A stretch of 64,000 nucleotides of DNA from Bacteroidota bacterium (GCA_026391075.1 JAPLES010000018.1:229-64228); one strand, 5' to 3'. Counted from the first letter of the stretch, positions 28,801-37,961 are shown. Notes: a model not told the origin generated them from the sequence alone. A program made the numbers and translations.

Positions 28801-30275
28801 TCAACCCAAGCAGCAGTTCAAACAATGCTTCGTTTACTATTTCGCAACACGATACACTCACTGTAAATTTTGCATTGATTCCTGATTCATCAAATTTAGT
28901 AGTGCTGGCAAATATTTCTGCAGCCGGAAGTGTAAGCGTAAACGGCAATCTCATTTCTTCTTATCCAACTTTATTGCAAGATGCCAGTGGAACGCTAATG
29001 AATATTTCTGCCTTGCCAAATGCGGGTTATAGTTTCGTGAACTGGTCATTGATACATCACACAGTAAGTCCGAGTATGACTTCAAGCACCGGAACATTTA
29101 CAGTAACACAAAACGATACGCTGGTAGCTAATTTCAAAACCGATACGGTAACTTATACTGTGGCGTTGAAAGTATATCCAGATAATCCGATTTATGGTGG
29201 CGATATCGTAGTGAACGGAACCAACTATCCTACTCCAAACTATACCATGCTTACTGTGAATGACGGAAGCGTTTTAAACGTGGATGCTGTTGCTGCTCCC
29301 GGTTTTCAGTTTTTCAACTGGCATGTGGTGCACTCAGCTGCACTTCCTTCCGACACTTCCAACCCAATGAATTGTACGATTGCTGAAACTGATACGATTT
29401 ACGCTTTCTTTATTCCACTTCCTGTACCCGATAGTTTTAATGTAGTGATACAAGCAGTGCCAAATATTGCGGGTGATATAACGGTGAATGGAAATCTTTA
29501 TGCAAGTCCAAATTATCCTTACACACTTCGTGTAGAAACAGGAACCGTTTTGAACATTACTGAAACTCCAAACCCAACCTGGCATTTTGTAAACTGGCAA
29601 TTGCTGCATCATACTCCACTGCCTACCGATACTGCCCACCCAATGAATTTTGCGCTAACACAAAATGATACGCTATACGCTTATTACATTCAGGATTCAA
29701 TAACCATACTTGTAAATGTTCATCCAAATATTTTAGCTGGCGATATAAGTGTTGCCGGATTTACTCCACCTACTTATCCGTGGTTGTTCAAAGTGCCTGA
29801 AGGAACCATGCTTGATTTTGAAGCCACAGGAAATCAATTGACCGCAACAAGTCATCTATACAATTATGTTTTTGAGCACTATAATTTCAAACATCATACG
29901 CCACTCCCCGATAGCTTAACTCCCATTGTGTTTATCACCGTGCAACGTAGCGATACCGTTGACGCTTACTTTATTGATGTGCCTTTAGTTACCGACTCGT
30001 CTTTGTATCTCTTAATTCCTTCAGGATTCTCGCCCGATGCCAACGGATTGAACGATGTATTTCGTGTAATAGGCGAACAACTCTCCGACTATCACATGCA
30101 AATTTATAACCGTTGGGGACAAAAAGTTTTTGAATCGCATAACCAAGGTTTTGGTTGGGATGGACTTTTCAATAACAACAAGTGCGACATTGGAGTTTAT
30201 GCTTACACACTTCAAGCAAAACGCATCAACGGTGAGGAAATAGAAAAGAAAGGAACGATTACGCTGGTGAGATAA
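25848..30275 (+). CDS. LTD-CotH-repeat surface protein with T9SS type-B (CHU_C) sorting domain
   Basis: Signal peptide, then the lamin-tail domain VVINEFSAAN..DWLEIYNPTGATVNIGGWYLSD. A chitobiase/FN3-associated segment (TIRYTTNG..LYAGPISV..TVIRARAF) follows. Then comes a CotH-like region, 8 modules of about 85 aa (..GY.F..W.......) and a CHU_C tail IPSGFSPDANGLNDVF..IYNRWGQKVFES..GWDG. Confidence 0.85.
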   Translation: MKKKYALLLAFLIGVFSILNAQVVINEFSAANKTVYADASGNYNDWLEIYNPTGATVNIGGWYLSDSPGNLTKWQITAGVTVNANGYKVFFLSNRDGVFSGQQHTNFKLTQSDTSEILLLTNTSGVIVDSITVLPTRVNHSRGRATNGAATWSVFQTPTPNASNNTQTAYPAYVPKIQFSLPAGFYAGTQSVSLACSMANTTIRYTTNGGMPTTASTLYAGPISVNANTVIRARAFDNSSVYAGSFDETNSYFINETHTLPVLSLASDDFTNLFNDNVNFAAGSMEYFGTNNAQIFEIESEYSPHGNDSWAYPQKGMDFNVEDEYGTGNEINYKVFTTTPRHHYQWLILKAAASDNFPGNLPNPAAHIRDAYVQTLAEKFQLNVDFRRMEHCLVFINGQYWGVYEIRDKVDADYFNYYYNQSEKYVDDLKYWGGMNVQYGSDTAWNNLYDFVITHNLAIPANYTFVTDRLNVMSMIDAVAIGLYTVDSDWLNWNTAWWRGRKTPNIVKWKYWLWDEDNTFNLGENFTGWATTDFTANPCDVNSANGGGPDFSNPNIGAHMGHIVIFNALMQNPDFEQLYINRFADLINSAFNCTNMTNHLDTMIARIQPEMQRQCTRWGGSYNQWTQNVQYLRDQITGRCTVIGGAMDTCYHVTGPYPLVVNVSPATSGTVLVNTIYPPAYPWHSTYFGGVNLVCKASANLGYQFSHWTIQGHTVNPGLGMDSIWFDLVNSGDSLTAVFIPVTDSSNLVVMANIPVAGTVNVNGTVVSTYPTSLTYHNDSTIQISATANAGYSFVRWTLIHHTISPNDSSIAASFVIQQPDTLLATFKTDSVSHNVWLKVYPDTPVYGGDVAVNGTTYTTPNYTLISVAYGTILSLTPIAAPGFRFFNWHIVHAASLPTDTSNPMNCTITQADTIYAFFVPLPPDTFTLTVLANLPAGGNANVNGTVVSSYPTQIRYENGTLVTISATPNAGFNFVNWTLLHHVLNPSSSSNNASFTISQHDTLTVNFALIPDSSNLVVLANISAAGSVSVNGNLISSYPTLLQDASGTLMNISALPNAGYSFVNWSLIHHTVSPSMTSSTGTFTVTQNDTLVANFKTDTVTYTVALKVYPDNPIYGGDIVVNGTNYPTPNYTMLTVNDGSVLNVDAVAAPGFQFFNWHVVHSAALPSDTSNPMNCTIAETDTIYAFFIPLPVPDSFNVVIQAVPNIAGDITVNGNLYASPNYPYTLRVETGTVLNITETPNPTWHFVNWQLLHHTPLPTDTAHPMNFALTQNDTLYAYYIQDSITILVNVHPNILAGDISVAGFTPPTYPWLFKVPEGTMLDFEATGNQLTATSHLYNYVFEHYNFKHHTPLPDSLTPIVFITVQRSDTVDAYFIDVPLVTDSSLYLLIPSGFSPDANGLNDVFRVIGEQLSDYHMQIYNRWGQKVFESHNQGFGWDGLFNNNKCDIGVYAYTLQAKRINGEEIEKKGTITLVR
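27813..29970 (+). repeat. eight tandem ~85-aa modules (InlB-B-repeat-like) with a higher-order duplication
   Basis: Modules 2-3 (about 28081-28620) and 5-6 (about 28888-29420) are much more alike than their neighbours. Example: VWLKVYPDTPVYGGDVAVNGTTYTTPNYT versus VALKVYPDNPIYGGDIVVNGTNYPTPNYT. Confidence 0.8.
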
Positions 30276-30302
30276 ACTAGAAGAATGATTCACTACTTTT
30301 TT

Positions 30303-30340
30303 AAACAACAAAGCCATTCTTAAGAATGGCTTTGTTGTTT
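30303..30340 (+). terminator. strong hairpin terminator after the CotH-family gene
   Basis: Perfect 17-bp stem aaacaacaaagccattc / gaatggctttgttgttt with loop ttaa. Confidence 0.85.
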
Positions 30341-30363
30341 AACAGAACCCTATCTGATTAATT

Positions 30364-30381
30364 TGCCCTCACCATAATTTT
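30364..30381 (+). repeat. 18-mer TGCCCTCACCATAATTTT (copy 2 of 2)
   Basis: 17/18 identical to 20624-20641. It lies 23 nt after a terminator and 40 nt before the ATG at 30421. Confidence 0.8.
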
Positions 30382-30420
30382 AAAGGTTGAATCGTTCACT
30401 ACTTTCAATCAAACAAAATT

Positions 30421-30927
30421 ATGCTGAACACCATTTTTTTATTCTTGTTGCTTGGAGAGGCTAACACTGAATACGATGCTACCTGCCGTTATAACGACAG
30501 CCTGCTTATTTATAATACTTACAGCACTCAAATTGAAACGCTCAAGAAATTAAAGGAAACCGACTTGCAAAAGTGGTATGATTTAGATGCGGCTAACGAC
30601 CGAATAGTTACTTGCGCTAAACTTCGATTAAAAAAATACAACCACCAGACTTATGAACCAGTTGTAACAGTAGAACGAAAAGGAATCGGAATGGCTTATG
30701 CCTACCCTAAACCGCATGGTACAAATGAAACTTCTTTAGAAAACTTTACAAAGACTGTGGCCGCTAAATACCACTTTGTAGTTTACGATAAACAAACACG
30801 CTTTTGTTGCGCTAAACTTGGCGGTTTGCATATTCCTTACATTTTGAAATATGTTTACGACCAGGGGCGTTTGCTTTTTATGGAAAAACTAAACCCGGTT
30901 ACGTTGGAAAAAATTGCGGGCTTGTAA
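30421..30927 (+). CDS. hypothetical protein (168 aa)
   Basis: ORF with a weak N-terminal hydrophobic segment. No recognisable motif. Confidence 0.45.
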   Translation: MLNTIFLFLLLGEANTEYDATCRYNDSLLIYNTYSTQIETLKKLKETDLQKWYDLDAANDRIVTCAKLRLKKYNHQTYEPVVTVERKGIGMAYAYPKPHGTNETSLENFTKTVAAKYHFVVYDKQTRFCCAKLGGLHIPYILKYVYDQGRLLFMEKLNPVTLEKIAGL

Positions 30928-30934
30928 GCAATTT

Positions 30935-32356
30935 CTAGTGAATCACCGTTAATTTCTTAAAAGCAGTTTGGCCTAAAACTGAAATGTACAGCAGGTAATT
31001 TCCCTCTTCTGCATTTGATAAATCAAAAGCCATTTTGGGTTCAGTAATTTTCGATTGCAAAATTTTTCTGCCATACATATCAAAGACTGCAATTTCAGCT
31101 TCATGAAATTCAACTGCTTCAATTTCCAAAATAAAAATTTGCGAAACAGGATTGGGAAATAAACGAACAGATGCTTCCGGAAAAATTTGTTCAACTCCTG
31201 AAAGTACTCCACACAAATTTGTTTTAATCAAACTGTCGAAGTTGATGCACATAGCCCAAGCAGGATGATCAATAAAAGGATTGCGGTTATGCTGCACAGC
31301 ATTGATACAAGCATTTTTTGTACGCTCAAATTTATCGGGTGGGTCCTGTTGATTCCAAAGCTTTAAAATGTTTTGGTCTTGTTCATTCGCCTGCGAGAGA
31401 AGTTCATTCAATCCCCAACCACCACTCAATCCATCGTAGCAAACCATTTCATACATCATTGCCCTGGCCGCATCTCCTTTTCTATCGGCTTTAGGCTCAA
31501 ACACATTGTTGCCGATATTATCAGTTCCGTATTTACTGGAACCATACGACCAACTTTGATTGACCACAATACCCAAAGGATTATTCGAGCGTTTCACATT
31601 TGGTACACTTCGCGATAACAATAGATTATAGTAATCGGAACCTTCTGCATAATTGATGAGATTACTTGCACCATAGATAGCTGCTGTTTGCATCCAGCTT
31701 TTGCATAACACATGCTCCCGATTATAATCGGTAGCTACAAAGCCAAAAGGCGGAGTATAAACGGTAGTCTCTCCACTGTATTCACAATTAACTACCTCTT
31801 GTCCGCCCACCGTATCACGCTCATACATATATGGCATTAGCAAATTAGCATAGCCCGGAGTATAGGTTTGCAAGGTGTGGCTATTAATAAGCGTATGCAA
31901 ATCTGCTATGAAACTTGCCGAAGATGAATCAATGCTCTGGTAATAATTTCCGGCATCGGCAGCTGGTGTAATAATGGAATCATTGAGTGGATTTGTCGAC
32001 AAATAATTAATGCTTCCGCCACTTCCGTTGTAAGCAAAAATTTTGAAATAATATTTAGTGCGTTCCAAAACCTCCCGAACTAAAAATGAAGTTCCTGCAT
32101 TGTTGTTCATCACTTTACAACTGGTGAGACCTTGTCCTTTTTCATAGGTAGTTCCATCAACCGGAGCATCGGTAATAGGTTGTGAACTTTTTAAAATCAA
32201 AAAACCATCGGCAGTAGAAGGAGTAAAAGATAGAATAAAGTTATAAGGATTTACGCTGTTAAAAACCAAATTAGTTGGTTGTAAAGCCGGCTGCTGAGCG
32301 GCAAGAAATTGATAATTGACAATTGATAATAGGAGGAGCAGTAAATTTTTTTTCAT
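30935..32356 (-). CDS. secreted endonuclease I family nuclease with T9SS type-A (Por_Secre_tail) sorting domain
   Basis: Signal peptide and an FN3-like N-domain. Endonuclease_1 motifs: YNREHVLCKSW, YYNLLLSRSVPNVKRSNNPLG, DRKGDAARAMMY, NRNPFIDHPAWA. The C-terminus reads RLFPNPVSQIFILE..GNYLLYI. Confidence 0.85.
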   Translation of the reverse strand: MKKNLLLLLLSIVNYQFLAAQQPALQPTNLVFNSVNPYNFILSFTPSTADGFLILKSSQPITDAPVDGTTYEKGQGLTSCKVMNNNAGTSFLVREVLERTKYYFKIFAYNGSGGSINYLSTNPLNDSIITPAADAGNYYQSIDSSSASFIADLHTLINSHTLQTYTPGYANLLMPYMYERDTVGGQEVVNCEYSGETTVYTPPFGFVATDYNREHVLCKSWMQTAAIYGASNLINYAEGSDYYNLLLSRSVPNVKRSNNPLGIVVNQSWSYGSSKYGTDNIGNNVFEPKADRKGDAARAMMYEMVCYDGLSGGWGLNELLSQANEQDQNILKLWNQQDPPDKFERTKNACINAVQHNRNPFIDHPAWAMCINFDSLIKTNLCGVLSGVEQIFPEASVRLFPNPVSQIFILEIEAVEFHEAEIAVFDMYGRKILQSKITEPKMAFDLSNAEEGNYLLYISVLGQTAFKKLTVIH

Positions 32357-32407
32357 TGATAATTAATTGCATTTGGAAATTTGAAACAAACAAAATTGCG
32401 CTGCGTT

Positions 32408-33445
32408 CTATTGCAATTCTTTCAGAAAAACACAATAGGTAGGAAAGTGGTCACTATAGCCACCATTATAAATATTGCCATCGTAGGTTCGCATGGGGTA
32501 CCCTTTGTATCGGCCTGTTTTAGTAACCATAAATTGCTTATTGAAAATATGCGCAGCATGAAAGAAAAATCCTTTTTGCTCCTTTTTTAAAAAACCCGAT
32601 GACAACATAATTTGGTCAAACAAATTCCACGAATCATTATAGGCCAAGGTGCCTATTCCTCTATTAATAAAATCAACCCATGGGTTATAAAGTTCTCCGT
32701 CCTTCACGCTTTTTATATCCCCCTTTGCACCTAAAACTTTTGCCACACTAGGGCTGGTAGGGTCATCATTCAAATCGCCCATTACAAAAACTTTTGTTTG
32801 CGGGTCAATTTTCATCAACGAATCAATCACCCGTTTACTAACCCCTGCTGCCGATGCCCGTGCTGCGGCACTCGCCTCTTCTCCACCTCTGCGCGATGGC
32901 CAATGGTTTACAAAAACATGAATCATTTCGCCATCGTAAAGCCCGCTTACCCAAAGCACATCGCGTGTATAGTGTAAGGTTCCGTCAGCGTTTTCCATAC
33001 GCACAAAAAGCGGTTCGCTATGTTTTACCTTAAAATATTTCGGGTTGTAAATAAGCGCAGGGTCAATACTTCTATCATCGGGACCATCGAAGTGAACTAT
33101 TTTTAAATGACGGTTTGCAAACTCCGGTTGCGCGACTAAATCCTCGAGTACTTTATCGTTTTCTATTTCGGCAACACCCAGAAGCGAGAAGCCATCGGGC
33201 GAAATATCTGTTCCAATTTGCGAAAGTACTTCGGTGAGTTTGCGCATTTTATCCTGATAAACCTTTCCCGTGTAATGGTATGAACCTGTGGGCAAAAAAT
33301 CTTCGTCATTTTTTCCAGTGTCATTGATGGTATCAAACAGGTTTTCGAGGTTGTAGAAAGCCACGATACCAACTTTATATTTTTTTTCCTGCGAAAACAA
33401 GGAAAGGCTAAACAGCAGGAGTAAAACAAGAGAAATTTGCTTCAT
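32408..33445 (-). CDS. secreted endonuclease/exonuclease/phosphatase (EEP) family protein
   Basis: True start is MKQISLVLLLLFSLSLFSQ (33445). EEP motifs: AFYNLENLFD, GVAEIEN, VNHWPSRRGG, VMGDLNDDP, YSDHFP. The 100-codon upstream extension in the track has no support. Confidence 0.85.
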   Translation of the reverse strand: MKQISLVLLLLFSLSLFSQEKKYKVGIVAFYNLENLFDTINDTGKNDEDFLPTGSYHYTGKVYQDKMRKLTEVLSQIGTDISPDGFSLLGVAEIENDKVLEDLVAQPEFANRHLKIVHFDGPDDRSIDPALIYNPKYFKVKHSEPLFVRMENADGTLHYTRDVLWVSGLYDGEMIHVFVNHWPSRRGGEEASAAARASAAGVSKRVIDSLMKIDPQTKVFVMGDLNDDPTSPSVAKVLGAKGDIKSVKDGELYNPWVDFINRGIGTLAYNDSWNLFDQIMLSSGFLKKEQKGFFFHAAHIFNKQFMVTKTGRYKGYPMRTYDGNIYNGGYSDHFPTYCVFLKELQ

Positions 33446-33481
33446 TTTGTTTATTTGAACACACAAACTTAGCAGGATAGG

Positions 33482-33498
33482 GCAGAAAATTTTTCTGC
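33482..33498. promoter_or_regulatory. perfect palindrome GCAGAAAA-T-TTTTCTGC in the divergent EEP/smc intergenic region
   Basis: The 8-bp arms are exact reverse complements. Confidence 0.4.
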
Positions 33499-33530
33499 AA
33501 AAAACCGGAAGGTAAATTGCTTTCAAATTA

Positions 33531-33550
33531 TGTGGATAGACTGTGGATAC
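33531..33550 (+). promoter_or_regulatory. two DnaA-box-like 9-mers in direct repeat (TGTGGATAG, TGTGGATAC), 11 bp apart
   Basis: Each matches the complement of TTATCCACA at 8/9 positions. They lie 137-156 nt upstream of the smc ATG. Confidence 0.35.
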
Positions 33551-33686
33551 CTGTTGGCTACTTTGGGTTTTGCGGGTAGTGTGTTTTTCTATTTTCGCTA
33601 CCCCTCTAAAATGAGGGATTAAACGGGGAGAAAAGGTAAGGACATACCTTCTTAGTTTACCTAGCTGGCTTTCAAAATGTGAACCT

Positions 33687-36600
33687 ATGCAACTAACAAC
33701 ATTAGAGATTAAGGGATTTAAAAGTTTTGCCGAAAAAACTACCATTCATTTCAATAATAAAATTACAGGAGTGGTAGGACCAAACGGTTGCGGAAAAAGC
33801 AACGTGGTTGATTCCATTCGTTGGGTTTTAGGAGAGCAGAAAACTTCGCATTTGCGATTAGAGAAAATGGAAAACCTCATTTTCAATGGAACCAAAACTC
33901 GCAAAGCTGCGAGCATGGCTGAAGTTTCACTTACTTTTGAAAATACCAAGAACTTAGTTTCGTCCGATTATAAAACCATCACTATCACCCGCAGATTGTT
34001 TCGCGATGGTGAAAGCGAATACTGTTTGAATAGTGTGCCTTGCCGCTTGAAGGATATTACTTCGTTGTTTATGGATACCGGTGTTAGTGCAGATAGCTAC
34101 GCCATTATCGAATTGGGAATGATGGATGAAATTTTGAACGACCGCGATAACAGTCGAAGAAAATTATTTGAACAGGCAGCAGGAGTTTCGAAATACAAAA
34201 AACGTAAGAAAGAAACCATTGACAAACTAAAAGGAACCGATGGTGATTTAGAGCGAGTGAAAGATTTGCTTTTTGAAATTGAAGGCAACTTAAAAACCCT
34301 CGAAGCGCAGGCAAAAAAGACCAAACGCTATTATGAACTGAAAGCCGAATACAAAGATTTGAGTTTGCTTTTAGCAAAATATAATTTGCAATCGTATAAG
34401 GAAACCTTCAAAAATTTAGAAGAGCAAAAGAAGAAAGAAGAAGACAATAAATTGGAATTGGAAACTTCGGTAGCGCAAGTTGATGCTCTACTCGAAAAAG
34501 AAAAGCTGAACAACGTTGACAAAGAGAAAATGCTCTTCGAAGTTCAGAAAAAACTGAACTCTCTCGTGGCGGGTGTGGGAGAAAAAGAAAACGAACGGAA
34601 TCTCCTGAACTCTCAAATCAAATATGCGCTCGACAAAAAAGAAACTGCCGAAAAGCAAATTGTAGAAGCAAACGATCAGGTTGAAAAACTAAAGCTTTCA
34701 ATTGATAAACTATCCATTGACCAGGAAAGCGAAACAAGAATTTTAGAAACGAAGAAGACGGAACTTTCGGTTCTTGAAACGGAGTTGAATGAAGTGCGCA
34801 ATCAGCACACGGGTTTAAAAGACACGCTTACCAGCGAGCAAAAACTATTTACCGAAAAGGAACGCCAGATTTTTGAACTGGAAAAGAAGTTAGCGGTTAA
34901 TCGCAGCAGTAACGAAAGTTTGCAGCGCGATTTGCTTAACAGCGATGAAGATGTGCAGCGCAAACGTCAGGAGTTGGAGCAGCTGCAAAAAGATTTTGAA
35001 CAATTAAAAACAGAGAAAGAAGCAACAGAGGCAAAACTTCAATCGCTTTTAATTGAAGAAGAAAACCGCAAGAATGAAATTGCTGAATTAGAGACAGGAA
35101 TTGAAAAAACTCGACTTGCACTTACTGCTGAAACCAGAACACTCGATTCAAAGAAAAATGAATTTGATCTGACCAAAAGTTTGGTTGAAAACCTTGAAGG
35201 ATTTCCGGAGTCAATAAAATTTTTGAAGAAGAATGCGAAGTGGAGTAAAGAAGCTCCTCTCCTTTCCGATATTATTTATTGTGCCGAAGAATATCGCGTT
35301 GCGGTTGAAAATTATCTGGAACCGTATTTGAATTACTACGTGGTGCAGAACATGCAGGAAGCCATCATGGCAGTGAACATGCTTAATGATTCTTCAATGG
35401 GCCGCGCTAATTTTTTCATTCTAGATGAATTTGAAAAATATGAAAGTTCCTCTCCATCTTCTATTGAAGGAACTTTGAAAGTTAGTGATTTAGTAGAGCT
35501 AGATGCTACTTACAAAAAGTTGGGTTCGTATCTGCTTGATAAAGTTTATTTAGTTGATGATTCATCGGGCTTTGATGCAACTAAACTGAATTCATACGGA
35601 AAGCAAATAGTGGTATTGTCAAAAAGCGGAAGATACATTCGCAAAGATTTTTCGTTGAGTGGCGGTGCTGTAGGTTTGTTTGAAGGAAAGAAAATAGGTC
35701 GTGCAAAAAATTTAGAGAAACTTCAGGAAGAAATTAAGAATCTTGAACTAAGCACTTACAAACTTCATCAGCAGGTTTCAAACGCACAGGTAAAAATCAA
35801 CCAACTAAAAGCATCGAGCGTAGCACGTGAAATTGATTCGCAAAGAAATTTGGTCAATCAACTCACTTCAAAGGTTTCGGGTTCACAGGCAAGCATCAAT
35901 AGCTTGGTAAAATTTTTGGAAAGTGCCGATGAGAAAAGCAAAACGATTACACAACGTTTAGATGCTTTGGATGCCGAAGTTACTGCTATCAATACTGAAC
36001 TTACATCGCTTCGCGACACACAAGGTTCAGCAAAAGCAATTCTGGAAAAAACCGATAAAGATTTTGTTGAACTCACGAATAAGTTGAGTGAAATATCTTC
36101 GCGTTACAATCAAAAAAATATTGAGTTTCATCAGCAACAGAATCGTGTAAATTCTATCAATCAGGAATTGGGCTTTAAGAAAAGTCAGATTGAAACATTG
36201 ATGAATCAACTCACCCGCAATAACGAAGTGATTCAGGAAAGCAGAATGCAGGTAGAAGAAAGCCAACGCAAATCGAAAGAGATTGAAACCGCTTTGCTCT
36301 CCGGTTATGCCGATAAAGAAAGCTATGCAGCCGAAGTGGAAGAAGCGGAGAAAAAATATTACGATTCGCGCACCGGAATCAATGAATTGGATTCACGCTC
36401 GCGCGAATTAGTGCGCACGCGCGACAATGCAATTAATCAACTCAACAGCATCAACGAAAAATTCAACGAGTTGAAACTCTCTCTCACCTCTATGAAAGAA
36501 AGGTTGAGTGTGGAGTTCAACATCGACATCAACGAAATTCTGAATCAGGAATTTGAAATGGTTCAGCCGCTCGAAGAAGTTCAGGCAGAAGTGGAAAAAG

Positions 36601-37226
36601 TAAAAAAGCGTATTGAAAATTTCGGAGAAATAAACCCGATGGCGCTTGAAGCTTTTGAAGAAATGAAAAAGCGTTACGATTTCATTATCGCGCAGAAAAA
36701 AGATTTGGAAGATGCCAAAGCATCGTTAATGGATACTATTAAAGAAATTGAAGACACTGCTAAAACCCAGTTTCTCGAAGCATTTACCAAAGTACGCGAA
36801 AGTTTTATTCGTGTATTTCATACACTCTTTAGCGAAGATGACCAATGCGATTTGTTCTTAGTAAATCCTGATGACCCGCTTGAATCAAAAATTGAAATTA
36901 TTGCCAAACCAAAAGGCAAACGCCCAACGGTAATAGATCAGCTTTCAGGAGGAGAAAAAACATTGACCGCTACAGCATTGCTGTTCTCTCTTTATCTTTT
37001 GAAGCCCGCACCATTCTGTATTTTTGATGAAGTGGATGCACCGCTCGATGATGCCAACATTGGCAAGTTCAACAAAATCATCAGCGAGTTTTCAAAAGAT
37101 TCGCAGTTCATTATTGTAACACACAACAAAATGACCATGACAGCTGTGGAAGCAATTTACGGAGTTACCATGGCTGAACAAGGTGTGAGCAGAGTGGTTC
37201 CCGTTGATTTTAGAAGTTTGAATTAA
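33687..37226 (+). CDS. smc: chromosome segregation protein SMC
   Basis: Walker A GPNGCGKSN, long coiled coils with a central hinge, signature LSGGEKTL, and Walker B FCIFDEVDAPLD. 1179 aa. Confidence 0.96.
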   Translation: MQLTTLEIKGFKSFAEKTTIHFNNKITGVVGPNGCGKSNVVDSIRWVLGEQKTSHLRLEKMENLIFNGTKTRKAASMAEVSLTFENTKNLVSSDYKTITITRRLFRDGESEYCLNSVPCRLKDITSLFMDTGVSADSYAIIELGMMDEILNDRDNSRRKLFEQAAGVSKYKKRKKETIDKLKGTDGDLERVKDLLFEIEGNLKTLEAQAKKTKRYYELKAEYKDLSLLLAKYNLQSYKETFKNLEEQKKKEEDNKLELETSVAQVDALLEKEKLNNVDKEKMLFEVQKKLNSLVAGVGEKENERNLLNSQIKYALDKKETAEKQIVEANDQVEKLKLSIDKLSIDQESETRILETKKTELSVLETELNEVRNQHTGLKDTLTSEQKLFTEKERQIFELEKKLAVNRSSNESLQRDLLNSDEDVQRKRQELEQLQKDFEQLKTEKEATEAKLQSLLIEEENRKNEIAELETGIEKTRLALTAETRTLDSKKNEFDLTKSLVENLEGFPESIKFLKKNAKWSKEAPLLSDIIYCAEEYRVAVENYLEPYLNYYVVQNMQEAIMAVNMLNDSSMGRANFFILDEFEKYESSSPSSIEGTLKVSDLVELDATYKKLGSYLLDKVYLVDDSSGFDATKLNSYGKQIVVLSKSGRYIRKDFSLSGGAVGLFEGKKIGRAKNLEKLQEEIKNLELSTYKLHQQVSNAQVKINQLKASSVAREIDSQRNLVNQLTSKVSGSQASINSLVKFLESADEKSKTITQRLDALDAEVTAINTELTSLRDTQGSAKAILEKTDKDFVELTNKLSEISSRYNQKNIEFHQQQNRVNSINQELGFKKSQIETLMNQLTRNNEVIQESRMQVEESQRKSKEIETALLSGYADKESYAAEVEEAEKKYYDSRTGINELDSRSRELVRTRDNAINQLNSINEKFNELKLSLTSMKERLSVEFNIDINEILNQEFEMVQPLEEVQAEVEKVKKRIENFGEINPMALEAFEEMKKRYDFIIAQKKDLEDAKASLMDTIKEIEDTAKTQFLEAFTKVRESFIRVFHTLFSEDDQCDLFLVNPDDPLESKIEIIAKPKGKRPTVIDQLSGGEKTLTATALLFSLYLLKPAPFCIFDEVDAPLDDANIGKFNKIISEFSKDSQFIIVTHNKMTMTAVEAIYGVTMAEQGVSRVVPVDFRSLN

Positions 37227-37244
37227 ACTTGCTACAACTCTATT

Positions 37245-37961
37245 TTGAAAACAGAAGTTCATTTATCTGTCGTAATTCCTTGCTACAATCCGCAAAAAGG
37301 CTGGGTAGAAAAAATCAATTCGAGCCTGTTGCAAATTCAAAACGAAATTAATTCCGTTGAATTGATCCTGGTGAATGACGGAAGTAATGAGCAAATGTTG
37401 TTTGACGAACTTAAAAATCTAAACAGTAAAATTGCTTTCACTGCTTTAACCTATACAGAAAATTGCGGTAAAGGCTTTGCACTCCGCAATGGAGTAAACA
37501 AGGCCAAAGGCAAATTCATCATTTATACCGATGTTGACTTTCCATATACACATAAAAGCTTTCTGAAAATTTATGCTGCATTAAAAAACGAAATTGTTGA
37601 TGTAGCAATTGGTGTTAGAGGCGAAGAATACTATAAACACCTTTCAAAAACACGAATGAGAATTTCAAAAATACTTCGCTGGTTCGTCAAAACTTTTCTT
37701 CTTATACCCACTAACGATTCACAATGCGGTTTGAAAGGATTTAATCAAAAAGGGAAAGATGTTTTTTTAAAGACTACTATCAATCGCTATCTGTTCGATT
37801 TGGAATTTATTTTCCTTGCAGCAAAAAACAAACTGATTATAAAAACTGTAAAAGTAGAACTGCGTGAAGATGTTCAACTCTCCACCATGAGCAGTAAAAT
37901 TCTTTTGCAAGAATTTGGAAACTTTTTAAAGATATTCGTCAAGTCAATAATCAACAACTAA
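37245..37961 (+). CDS. family-2 glycosyltransferase (TTG start)
   Basis: LSVVIPCYN, NDGS and TDVDFPY (DxD). No in-frame ATG occurs before the conserved N-terminus, so the TTG at 37245 is the likely start. It lies 18 nt after smc. Confidence 0.8.
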   Translation: MKTEVHLSVVIPCYNPQKGWVEKINSSLLQIQNEINSVELILVNDGSNEQMLFDELKNLNSKIAFTALTYTENCGKGFALRNGVNKAKGKFIIYTDVDFPYTHKSFLKIYAALKNEIVDVAIGVRGEEYYKHLSKTRMRISKILRWFVKTFLLIPTNDSQCGLKGFNQKGKDVFLKTTINRYLFDLEFIFLAAKNKLIIKTVKVELREDVQLSTMSSKILLQEFGNFLKIFVKSIINN

